DNA of 64,000 nucleotides. Source: Rhodosorus marinus CCMP1338 (lineage: Eukaryota; Plantae; Rhodophyta). Location: contig JAMWBK010000009.1 of NCBI GenBank assembly GCA_029953675.1, positions 682,001-746,000 on the forward strand. Reading direction: 5' to 3'. A program made the position numbers and the translations under genes. Below the pieces are notes generated by a model, which was not told the DNA's origin, made no database searches, and worked only from the letters and a program-made list of their open reading frames with translations. Positions 26,551 to 38,787 of this stretch are shown one piece after another (position 1 is the first letter of the stretch; each line of letters opens with the position of its first letter).

Positions 26551-29500
26551 CCCTCTCCTCTTTGCGTGCCCCTCCGCTCAAGCGCCCCTTCTTGGCCCCA
26601 GCTGGGGGGGGAAATTCTTCTGATTCCGTTGCGGATTCGCATCCCGTAGACGCTTCCTCCGTGGTGAGGGAGCAGGATGTCTGAGTCTTTTGGGGAACAT
26701 TTCGAGCTTCCTGCTTTCTTTCCGAGCCCAGGTAGCTTTGAGGACTGGCGTTCTCGCCTTTTATCTTGGTTCGAAGGTTTTGTTGGGCGTTTTCCTTCTG
26801 GGGATATCCCTCTTTGCCCTCGTTCGCCCCCAATCTCTCTCCCTCATCGTTTGCGCAGGAGGGTTTCTTTTCTTTTGGATTTCCTGCTTATGGAGGTGGC
26901 CGACCATCCTCAAGCAGCACTTGCTTGGAAGCTTTTGTTTGTTTTTCCTCGGCTAGTGCTCACGGTCTCCCAGGGGCGCGATGCATGTCCAATTAGACGC
27001 AAATTTCAGTCTTTTCTGGCGGGGGGGGGGGGGGACTTTGCTTTCTTAGAATCTTTATACCTCACTAGTGTCTAGTGTCTCTTCTTCCTCTTCGTGCGGG
27101 ACATCGCCTTCTTCTCGTTCCCGTAGGCAGGTACGGGCAAAGGCAGTAGTGGCACAGGGGGATATTCGGCGTGGGGCGGCCATCCTCCAGCAAGGCGCTT
27201 CAGTCGAGCCGTATCGGACTGACCTGGCTGATCCAGTCGCCGCGTTGTTCCCTGCGCGCGACGTGAGTTGGAACTCTGAGTTCCAGCGTGTCTTAGATCC
27301 TTTTGTCGATTCCTCACGCGGTAGGGGTCGGTTGCTTCTTCAGCCGGATGAGGTTCTGGCTCTGCTTAGGTCCGCCCCGAAAGGTCGTGCACCTGGTCCC
27401 TCAGGACTCCTGGTCGAACTTTTTCAATGGTTGGGTGAAGAAGGGCTGGACGCCCTTGCGCGGGTACTGGAGGGTCTTGTCAATGGGGACAATTTTTGCG
27501 TAGATGCCTGGGCACTATTGTCGCGCTCCCAACTGGTCCTCTTGCCCAAGCCTGGACATTCAGACCAGACACCTTCCCTTCGGCCAATCGGGATGTGCGA
27601 AGCATCGCGGAAGCTGGCGAGCCGCTTTCTAACGCGTCAGCTCACTAGGGAGGCCAGGGCTTTTTTGGGTTGACCCAGGTCGGTGTCGGCTATTCAGGTG
27701 GCTGTGAACTGGTGACGCGAATGATGACGCGTATCCTGCAGCTGGACGGTCTCCGCGATGAGCCCTTGGGCACGCTTTCTGTGGATTTCGCCAACGCGTT
27801 TAACAGTGTGTCTCGAGCACACGCGCTTGAGGTAGTTCGTCAGCTTTTCCCCTCTGGCTTTCCGTTCTTAGGCCGCGTATATGGTGAAGCGCCGAACGGG
27901 CCCCGATTTGTCACCTTGGGTGCCGAGACCCACACCTTTGCGGCTCATACGGGTGTGTAGCAGGGCGATCCCTTAGCGCCGTTCCTGCACGCCTGTGGAT
28001 TGCAACTGGTGCTGTTGCGGCTGAAACTTCAGTTCCCGCGGGTCCGTGCGGTCCCCTCCCATGACGATGTGACGCTTCTTGGCACTCCCGACGATCTGGT
28101 GCCGGCCTACGATTTTCTCGGCGAGGTGGCTTCCTTGGTGGGGCTGCGTATCAACGACGCCAAGTGCGACTTCTGGGGGGGTTTCTCACTGCACCGCGGA
28201 CGCGGTTCCATCCAGGTTCCGAGATATTTGGCGAGCTGAGGGCTTCCTTCTGTTCGGTGCCCCGTAGGCACTCCGATATTTGTTGAACGCAGCCTCTCCG
28301 CGCTCCTGAGTCATCATGATGAGCTCCTGACTGAGCTGTGCAGTCTCCCAGAAGGGTACCTCCAGACCGCTCTGCTCATCTTCCGGTTCAGCGCGTGCCA
28401 GAGGTTGACATTTTTTTTCCGGCAGCTACCCTCCGAGTGGGGGTCTTGGCTGGCGCTCCGCGCAGACCGACGAGCGAGGGACGTGCTAGGCACGCTGGTG
28501 GATGCTGAGCTATCTGTTTTGGGGGATGCAGAAAAGGACGTCCTTCACCGGCAGATCGCGTTGCCCGTGCGGTTGGGCGGGCTGGCTGTGGGATCTTACG
28601 CGACGATCCAGCCGGCGGCTGTGGTGAGTTCGTTGGCCAATGCGCTAAATACATGGTCTACGAAGTGTGATCCGCATGTGAGTGGTTTGTTGAGTAGACT
28701 TCGGGTTGTGCGGCTGGACGAGACTCTCGCTCCACGGTTCGGGAGGGCTTTTGCGGAACTGGTGGCCGCTTTTCAACAATGTACCGCCCTGCCGAGTGGT
28801 ACCAAGGCTCGTTGCGATTCCTGAGCGGCAGTTCTTGACTCCCTCGGTGGCCAGTGTTCGGGAGTCTCTGCTGCAGCACCGTGTGTTGGAAATGGTGTAG
28901 AAACTGCCGAGGATATTGACGCCGTGGGTGTGCCGTCGAGACCGCCAGAGGAGGGCGTTTCCCGGTCGGGTCCGGCCCCTTCGAGGACTGATGTAATTCA
29001 AAAAACCCTTTCGTGGGACATACATCGGGACTCGTATGCCACCCTTCTGAGTTTACGTTCGTGCTCGACGTCGACTTTGGCTCGCCTGCGCGGTTTGGTG
29101 GGGAGTCTCAGCTCCCGTTTCTTCACGGTCATCCCTACGAATCCGCGGTTGGCGCTTACCGATCTCGAACTTCGTATAAACTTACTACTTTACCTGGGCT
29201 TGCTGCAACCCCCTTGGCCTGTTGAGCGGGATTCTAGATGCGCAATGTGCAAGGCCAATGTGCCGTGGGGTGATTATGGTGCGCATCTGTTTGCGTCTTG
29301 TGCGGAGGTTCAAGGGGCCCGGACCAGACGCCATACGCGGCTCAACCGCTTGCTTTTCCTCTACCTTCGTTCTCAATCGCTCGGTACGGACCGAGAAGTG
29401 GAGTATGAGGTCCCTCTGGCGGTGGCATCGGAAATTGCTGATGAGAGTGACGCCCCAGCGGTACAGCGGGTGACGGATCTGGTTGTGACTGACCTCAATG

Positions 29501-29896
29501 CGCGTCGCAGTGAGTACATTGACCTCTCCATCCCTTGTCCTCAGGCGACCAGGTACCTCCCTGCGTCGGCTCGGCGTCGAGGAGCTGCAGCTCGGTCCAT
29601 GCGGCAAGTGCAAGATTCGCAGTACGCGGCAGCGATGTCAAACCCTACTTTTAGCAATTCGGCGGTGACATACCGGTTCGTCCCCCTCATTATTGAGTGC
29701 TTTGGCTTGACAGATAGTGTAGGTTCTCGCTGGCCGCGAGCTCTGTTTCACAACGACCCAGGGCGTCTAGATAGTCTGCTCACGGAGCTTTCTTTGACCC
29801 TATGGCGCTCCAATTCTGCTTTGTTTGTGGACGCGCGTCATCAGCGTCTTGTCTCTCGCTTCTCAGGGTAGTTAGCCTCTGAATAAACGGATCATC
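26551..29896 (+). mobile_element. CRE-like retrotransposon, long copy C (5'-truncated, several frame breaks)
   Basis: RT motifs LRPIGMCE, QVGVGYSGG, SVDFANAFNSVSR, QGDPLAP, SHDD and GLRIN. Zinc finger CAMC-x10-H-x4-C. RLE motifs RH, DLVV, EYIDLSI and RFVPLIIECFG. Ends AATAAACGGATCATC. Confidence 0.95.
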
Positions 29897-32800
29897 ATTC
29901 TAGATGTGCTCTGTGCGGGGCTAATGTGCCGTGTGGTGATTATGGTGCACATTTGTAGATCCTTTTGTTAGCGTCCTGTGCGAAGATTCAAGGGGCCCGG
30001 ACCAGACGCCATACGCGGCTCAACCGATTGCTTTTCCGCTACCTTCGTTCTCAATCCCTCGGTACGGACCGAGAGGTGGAATATGAATGAGGTCCCTCTG
30101 GCGGTGGCATCGGAAATTGCGGAAGAGAGTCACGCCCCAGTGGCCCAGCGGGTGGCGGATCTCGTTGTGTCTTACCTAAATGCGCGTCGCAGTGAGTACA
30201 TTGACTTCTCAATCGGGGTCGCCGTAGGCACTCCGATATTTGTTGAACGCAGCCTCTCCGCGCTCCTGAGTCATCGTCCTGACTGAGCTGTGCAGTCTCC
30301 CAGAAGGGTACCTCCAGACCGCTCTGCTCATCTTCCGGTTCAGCGCGTGCCAGAGGTTGACATTCTTTTTGCGGCAGCTACCCTCCGAGTGGGGGTCTTG
30401 GCTGGCGCTCCGCGCAGACCGACGAGCGAGGGACGTGCTAGGCACGCTGGTGGATGCTGAACTATCTGTTTTGGGGAATGCAGAAAAGGACGTCCTTCAC
30501 CCCCTGGCAGATCGCGTTGCCCGTGCGGCTGGGCGGGCTGGCTGTGGGATCTTAAGCGACGATCCAGCCGGCGGCTGTGGTGACTTCGTTGGCCAATGCG
30601 CTTAATACATGGTCTACGGAGTGTGATCCGCATGTGAGTGGTTTGTTGAGTATACTTCGGGTTGGGCGGCTGGACCGGACTCTCGCTCCAGGGCTCGGGA
30701 GGGCTTTTGCGGAACTGGTGGCCGCTTTTCAACAATGTACCGCCCTGCCGAGTGGTACCAAGGCTCGTTGCGATTCCTGGGCGGCAGTTCTTGACTCCCT
30801 CGGTGGCCAGCGTTCGAGAGTCTCTGCTGCAGCACCGCGTGTTGGAAATGGCGTAGAAACTGCCGAGGATATTGACGCCGTGGGTGTGCCGTCGAGACCG
30901 CCAGAGGAGGGCGTTTCCGGGTCAGGTCCGGCCCCTTCGAGGACCGATGTAATCCAAAAAACCCTTTCGTGGGACATACATCATCGGGACTCGTATGCCA
31001 CCCTTCTGAGTTTACCTTCGTGCTCGGCGTCGACTTTGGCTCGCCTGCGCGGTTTGGGGGGGAGTCTCGGCTCCCGTTTCTTCACGCTCATACCTACGAA
31101 TCATACCTACGAATCCGCGGTTGGCGCTTACCGATCTCGAACTTCGTATAAACTTACGACTTTACCTGGGCTTGCCGCAACCTCTTTGGCCTGTTGAGCG
31201 GGATTCTAGATGCGCATTGTGCGGGGCCAATGTGCCGTTGGGTGATTATGGTGCGCATCGGTTTGCGTCTTGTGCGGAGGTTCAAGGGGCCCGGACCAGA
31301 CGCCATACGCGGCTCAACCGCTTGCTTTTCCGCTACCTTCGTTCTCAATCGCTCGGTACGGACCGAGAAGTGGAGTATGAGGTCCCTCTGGCGGTGGCAT
31401 CGGAAATTGCTGATGAGAGTGACGCCCCAGCGGTACAGCGGGTCGCGGGTCTCGTTGTGACTGACCTCAATGCGCGTCGCAGTGAGTACATTGACCTCTC
31501 CATCCCTTGTCCTCAGGCGACCAGGTACCTGCCTGCGTCGGCTCGGCGTCGAGGAGCTGCAGCTCGGTCCATGCGGCAAGTGCAAGATTCGCAGTACGCG
31601 GCAGCGATGTCAAACCCTACCTTTCGCGATTCGGCGGTGACATACCGGTTCATCCCCTTCATTATTGAGTGCTTTGGCTTGATAGATAGTGTAGGTTCTC
31701 GCTGGCTGCGAGCTCTGTTTCGCAACGACCCATGGCGTTTAGATAGTCTGCTCACGGAGCTTTCTTTGACCCTGTGGCGCTCCAATTCTACTTTGTTTGT
31801 GGACGCGCGTCATCAGCGTCTTGTCTCTCGCTTCCCAGGGTAGTTAGCCTATGAATAAACGGATCATCATCAACGTAAGCTCGTGCGCATCTCGAAGTCT
31901 GTCATCACTAGCCGCGGGGTAGGGAGGAATGAGCGTAAAGAAGTGAGAGCTGAGACTAGCTCCCAAAAGCACGAAGGCGAGCCAAGGTCGAAGGCGGAGA
32001 GGAAGCTGAAGCGAGAAGGGTTGCGTACGAGTCGCGATGTATGTCGCAGGAAAGAGTTTTTTGTACTAGATCAGTTCTCCAAGGGGCCGGGCCCGACCGG
32101 GTAACAGACTACTCAGGCGGCCTCGACGGCACGGCAACAGCGTCCGTTTCAGCATCGACACCATCCATATCAGCATCGTCTCCAGCGCAAACGCCAGCCC
32201 CCATCCGCGCTCCACTGTCGAGACACGGTTCGGCCGCAGAGCTTCCGAACGAGATTTGGCAAAAGAGTCAAGAACTGCCCACCACGACCAGTAGCGGGGT
32301 TGTGTACCGCTTGGCAGGGCAATAAATTTCTGAAACGCACCCTCCAGCTTGTCAAAAACGCCTCCGAGCCTCGAGCTGAGAGTCACGTCCAAATGCCCCT
32401 CACCGAAGCCTCGATTCGCTGTACGCGGCAGCGATCGTCGGGAGTGCCAAGATCATCCGTTTATTCAGAGGCTAACTACCCTGAGAAGCGTGAGACAAGA
32501 CGCTGATGACGCGCGTCCACAAACAAAGCAGAATTGGAGCGCCACAGGGTCAACGAAAGCTCCGTGAGCAGACTATCTAGACGCCCTGGGTCGTTGCGAA
32601 ACAGAGCTCGCAGCCAGCGAGAACCTACACTATCTATCAAGCCAAAGCACTCAATAATGAGAGGCACGAACCGGTATGTCACCGCCGAATCGTGAAAGGT
32701 AGGGTTTGACATCGCTGCCGCGTACTGCGAGTCGAGGCCTCCGTGAGGGGCATTTGGACTTGACTCTCAGCTCGAGGCTCGGAGGCGTTTTTGACGAGCT

Positions 32801-35447
32801 GGAGGGTGCGTTTCAGAAATTTATTGCCCTGCCAAGCGGTACACAACCCCGCTACTGGTCGTGGTGGGCAGTTCTTGACTCTTTTGCCGGATCTCGTTCG
32901 GAAGCTCTGCGGCCGAACCATGTCTCGACAGTGGAGCGCGGATGGGGGCTGGCGTTTGCGCTGGAGATGATGCTGATATGGATGGTGTCGATGCAGAAAT
33001 GTATTGCCCTGCCAAGCGGTACACAACCCCGCTTAATCCAAAAAACCCTTTCGTGGGTCATACCCCCCCCCCCCCATACATCGGGACTCGCATGGCACCC
33101 TTCTGAGTTTACCTTCGTGCTCGGCGTCGATTTTGGCTCGCCTGCGCGGTTTGGTGGGGAGTCTCAGCTCCCGTTTCTTCGCGGTCATACCTGCGTATCC
33201 GCGGTTGGCGCTTACCGATGTCGAACTTCGTGTAAGCTTACGATTCTACCTGGGCTTGCCGCAACCCCCTTGGCCTGTTAAGCGGGAATCCCTTCTAGAT
33301 GCGCATTGTGCGGGGCCAATGTGCCGTGGGGCGATTATGGTGCGCATTCGTTTGCGTCTTGTGCGGAGGTTCAAGGGGCCCGGACCAGACGCCAGCTAAC
33401 GTAGCTCAACCGCTTGCTCTTCCGCTCCCTTCGTTCTCAATCCCTCGGTACGGACCGAAAAGTGGAGTATGAGGTCCCTCTGGCGGTGGCATCGGAAATT
33501 GCTGATGAGAGTGACGCCCCAGCGGTACAGCGGGTGGCGGATCTCGCTGTGACTGACCTCAATGCGCGTCGCAGTGAGTAAATTGACCATTCCATCCCTT
33601 GTCCTCAGGCGACCAGGTACCTGCCTGCGTCGGCTCGGCGTCGAGGAGCTGCAGCTCGGTCTATGCGGCAAGTGAAAGATTCGCAGTACGCAGTAGCGAT
33701 GTCAAACCCTACCTTTCACGATTCGGCGGTGACATAACGGTTCGTCCCCCTCATTATTGAGTGCTTTGGCTTGATAGATAGTGTAGGTTCTCGCTGGCTG
33801 CGAGCTCTGTTTCGCAACGACCCAGGGCGTTTAGATAGTCTGCTCACGGAGCTTTCTTTGACCCTGTGGCGCTCCAATTCTGCTTTGTTTGTGGACGCGC
33901 GTCATCAGCGTCTTGTCTTTCGCTTCTCAGGGTAGTTAGCCTCTGAATAAACGGATCATCACCCCGCTACTGGTCGTGGCGGGCAGTTCTTGACTCTTTT
34001 GCCGGATCTCGTTCGGGAAGCTTTGCGGCCGAACCGTGTCTCGACAGTGGAGCGCGGATGGGGGCTGGCGTTTGCGCTGGAGACGATGCTGACATGGATG
34101 GTGTCGATGCTGAAACTGAAGCTGTTGCCGTGCCGTCGAGGCCGCCTGAGGAGTCTGTTACCCGGTCGGGCCCGGCCCCTTCGAGAATGATGTAGTACCA
34201 AACCCCTTTCCTGGGACATACATCGTGACTCGTACCCAACCCTTTTTTGGTTCAGCTTCCTCTCCGCCTTCGACCTTGGCTCGCCTTCAGGCTTTGGGGG
34301 ATAGCCTCAGCTCTCACTCCTTTACAGTCATTCCTGCCTACCCGCGGCTAGTGATGACAGACTTCGAGATGCGCACGAGCTTCCTCTTCATAATCCAAAA
34401 AACCCTTTCGTGGGACTTGCATCGGGACTCGTATGCCACCCTTCTGAGTTTACCTTCGTGCTCGGCGTCGACTTTGGCTCGCCTCCGCGGTTTGGGGGGG
34501 AGTCTCAGCTCCCGTTTCTTCACGGTCATACCTGCGTATCCGCGGTTGGCGCTCACCGATCTCGAACTTCGTGTAAGCTTACGACTTTACCTGGGCTTGC
34601 CGCAACCCCCTTGGCCTGTTGAGCGGGATTCTAGATGCGCATTGTGCGGGGCCAATGTGCCGTGGGGTGACTATGGTGCGCATCTGTTGGCGTCTTGTGC
34701 GGAGGTTCAAGGGGCCCGGACCAGCCGCCATACGCGGCTCAACCGCTTGCTGTTCCGCTCCCAATGTGCCGTGGGGTGATTATGGTGCGCATCTGTTGAC
34801 GTCTTGTGCGGAGGTTCAAGGGGCCCGGACCAGCCGCCATACGCGGCTCAACCGCTTGCTCTTCCGCTCCCTTCGTTCTCAATCGCTTGGTACGGACCGA
34901 GAAGTGGAGTATGAGGTCCCTCTGGCGGTGGCATCGGAAATTGCTGATGAGAGTGACGCCCCAGCGGTACAGCGGGTGGCGGATCTCGTTGTGACTGACC
35001 TCAATGCGCGTCGCAGTGAGCACATTGACCATTCCATCCCTTGTCCTCAGGCGACCAGGTACCTGCCTGCGTCGGCTCGGCGTCGAGGAGCTGCAGCTCG
35101 GTCCATGCGGCAAGTGAAAGATTCGCAGTACGCGGCAGCGATGTCAAACCCTACCTTTCACGATTCGGCGGTGACATACCGGTTCGTCCCCCTCATTATT
35201 GAGTGCTTTGGCTTGATGGATAGTGTAGGTTCTCGCTGGCTGCGAGCTCTGTTTCGCAACGACCCAGGGCGTTTAGATAGTCTGCTCACAGAGCTTTCTT
35301 TGACCCTATGGCAATCCAATTCTGCTTTGTTTGTGGACGCGCGTCATCAAGGTCTTGTCTCTCGCTTCTCAAGGTAGTCATCCTGTGAATAATTGGATCA
35401 TCGTCATACCTGGGTATTCGCCTTTGACGCTTACCGATCTCGAACTT

Positions 35448-38400
35448 GATGATCCATTTATTCAGAGGCTAACTGCCCTGAGAAGCGAGAGACAAGACGC
35501 TGATGACGCGCGTCCACAAACAAAGCAGAATTGGAGCGCCACAGGGTCAAAGAAAGCTCCGTGAGCAGACTATCTAAACGCCCTGGGTCGTTGCGAAACA
35601 GAGCTCGCAGCCAGCGAGAACCTACACTATCTATCAAGCCAAAGCACTCAATAATGAGGGGGACGAACCGGTATGTCGCCGCCGAATCGTAAAAGGTAGG
35701 GTTTGACGTCGCTGCTGCGTACTGCGAATCTTTCACTTGCCGCATGGACCGAGCTGCAGCTCCTCGACGCCGAGCCGACGCAGGCAGGTACCTGGTCGCC
35801 TGAGGACAAGGGATGGAATGGTCAATGTGCTCACTGCGACGCGCATTGAGGTCAGTCACAACGAGATCCGCCACCCGCTGTACCGCTGGGGCGTCACTCT
35901 CATCAGCAATTTCCGATGCCACCGCCAGAGGGACCTCATACTCCACTTCTCGGTCCGTACCGAGGGATTGAGAACGAAGGGAGCGGAACAACAAGCGGTT
36001 GAGCCGCGTATGGCGGCTGGTCCGGGCCCCTTGAACCTCCGCACAAGACGCCAACAGATGCGCACCATAGTCACCCCACGGCACATTGGCCCCGCACAAT
36101 ACGCATCTAGAATCCCGCTCAACAGGCCAAAGGGGTTGCGGCAAGCCCAGGTAAAGTCGTAAGCTTATACGAAGTTCGAGATCGGTAAGCGCCAACCGCG
36201 GATACGCAGGTATGACCGTGAAGAAACGGGAGCTGAGACTCCCTCCTAAACCGCGCAGGCGAGCCAAAGTCGACGCCGAGCACGAAGGTAAACTCAGAAG
36301 GGTGGCATACGAGTCCCGATGTATGTCCCACGAAAGGGTTTTTTGGATTACATCGGTCCTCGAAGGGGCCGGACCCGACCGGGAAACGCCCTCCTCGGGC
36401 GGTCTCGACGGCACACCCACGGCGTCAATATCCTCGGCAGTTTCTACACCATTTCCAACACACGGTGCTGTAGCAGAGACTCTCGAACGCTGGCCACCGA
36501 GGGAGTCAAGAACTGCCGCCCAGGAATCGCAACGAGCCTGGGTACCACTGGGCAGGGCGGTACATTGTTGAAAAGCGGCCACCAGTTCCGCAAAAGCCCT
36601 CCCGGGCCCTGGAGCGAGAGTCCCGGCCAGCCGCCCAACCCGAAGTCTACTCAACAAACCACTCACATGCGGATCACACTCCGTAGACCATGTATTTAGC
36701 GCATTGGCCAACGAACTCACAACAGCCGCCGGCTGGATCGTCGCGTAAGATCCCACAGCCAGCCCGCCCAGCCGCACGGGCAACGCGATCTGCCGGTGAA
36801 GGACGTCCTTTTCCGCATTCCCCAAAACAGATAGCTCAGCATCCACCAGCGTGCCTAGCACGTCCCTCGCTCGTCAGTCTGCGCGGAGCGCCAGCCAAGA
36901 CCCCCACTCGGAGGGTAGCTGCCGCAAAAAATAGGTCAACCTCTGGCACGCGCTGAACCGGAAGATGAGCAGAGCGGTCTGGAGGTACCCTTCTGGGAGA
37001 CTGCACAGCTCAGTCAGGAGCTCATCATGATGACTCAGGAGCGCGGAGAGGCTGCGTTCAACAAATATCGGAGTGCCTACGGGGACACCGAACAGAAGGA
37101 AGCCCTCAGCTCGCCAAATATCTCGGAACCTGGATGGAACCGCGTCCGCAGTGCAGTGAGGCCCCCCCCAGAAGTCGCACTTGGGATGGTTGATACGCAG
37201 CCCCACCAAGGAAGCCACCTCGCCGAGAAAATCGTAGGCCGGCGCCAGATCGTCGGGAGTGCCAAGAAGCGTCACATCGTCATGGGAGGCAACCGCACGG
37301 ACCCGCGGGAACTGAAGTTTCAGCCGCAACAGCACCATTTGCAATCCGCAGGCGTGCAGGAACGCCCTAAGGGATCGCCCTGCTGCACACCCGTATGAGC
37401 CGCGAAGGTGTGGGTCTCGGCACCCAAGGTGACAAATCGGGGCCCGTTCGGCGCTTCACCATATACGCGGCCTAAGAACGGAAAGCCAGAGGGGAAAAGC
37501 TGACGAACTACCTCAAGCGCGTGTGCTCGAGACACACTGTTAAACGCGTTGGCGAAATCCACAGAAAGCGTGCCCAAGGGGTCATCGCGGAGACCGTCCA
37601 GCTGCAGGATACGCGTCATCATTCGCGTCACCAGTTCACAGCCACCTGAATAGCCGACACCGACCTGGGTCAACCCAAAAAAGCCCTGGCCTCCCTAGTG
37701 AGCTGACGCGATAGAAAGCGGCTCGCCAGCTTCCGCAATGCTTCGCACATCCCGATTGGCCGAAGGGAAGGTGTCTGGTCTGAATGTCCAGGCTTGGGCA
37801 AGAGGACCAGTTGGGAGCGCGACAATAGTGCCCAGGCATCTGCGCAAGAATCGTCCCCATTGACAAGACCCTCCAGTACCCGCGCAAGGGCGTCCAGCCC
37901 TTCTTCACCCAACCAGTGAAAAAGTTCGACCCGGAGTCCTGAGGGACCAGGTGCACGACCTTTCGGGGCGGACCGGAGCAGAGCCAGAACCTCATCCGGC
38001 CGGACAAACAACCGACCCCTACCGCGTGAGGAATCGACAAAAGGATCTAAGACACGCTGGAACTCAGAGTTCCAACTCACGTCGCGCGCAGGGAACAACG
38101 CGGCGACTGGATCAGCCAGGTCAGTCCGATACGGCTCGACTGAAGCGCCTTGCTGGAGGATGGCCACCCCACGCCGAATATCCCCCTGCGCCACTGCTGC
38201 CTTTGCCCGTACCTGCCTACGGGAACGAGAAGAAGGCGATGTCCCGCACGAAGAGGAAGAAGAGACACTAGTGAGGAATAAAGATTCTAAGAAAGCAAAG
38301 TCCCCCGCCAGAAAAGACTGAACGTTGCGTCTAATTGGACATGCATCGTGCCCCTGGGAGACCGTGAGCACTAGCCGAGGAAAAACAAACAAAAGCTTCC

Positions 38401-38787
38401 AAGCAAGTGCTGCTTGAGGATGGTCGGCCACCTCCATAAGCAGGAAATCCAAAAGAAAAGAAACCCTCCTGCGCAAACGATGAGGGGAGAGAGACTGGGG
38501 GCGAACGAGGGCAAAGAGGGATATCCCCAGAAGGAAAACGCCCAACAAACCTTCGAACCAAGATAAAAGGCGAGAACGCCAGTCCTCAAAGCTACCTGGG
38601 CTCGAAAAGAAAGCAGGAAGCTCGCAATGTTCCCTAAAAGACTCAGACATCCTGCTCCAGCACCACCGAGGAAGCATCTACGGGATGCGAATCCGCAACA
38701 GAATCAGAAGAATTTCCCCCCCTAACTGGCGCCAAGAAGGGGCGCTTGAGCGGAGGGGCACGCAAACAGGAGAGGGATGAATAGATA
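35448..38787 (-). mobile_element. CRE-like retrotransposon, long copy B, inserted antisense into another copy
   Basis: ORFs 37670-38677, 37320-37673, 36874-37344 and 35458-36861 give the same RT-ZnF-RLE protein. Tail at 35448-35455. Confidence 0.95.

Noticed and set aside
27020-27035. Other frameshifts and stops in the long copies as programmed events
   Set aside because: They differ between copies (G5, G6 and G13 runs; TAG only in C, TGA only in B), consistent with decay or homopolymer error.
29420-29470. CTGATGA hammerhead-like cores in the element
   Set aside because: No correctly spaced GAAA or supporting stems, and the sequence is explained by coding (IADE, and RHQR on the other strand).
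35737-36162. Recurrent antisense ORFs of the element (MPHGPSCSSSTPSRRR.. and similar)
   Set aside because: They recur only because the DNA is repeated and GC-rich. They have no domain or independent support.
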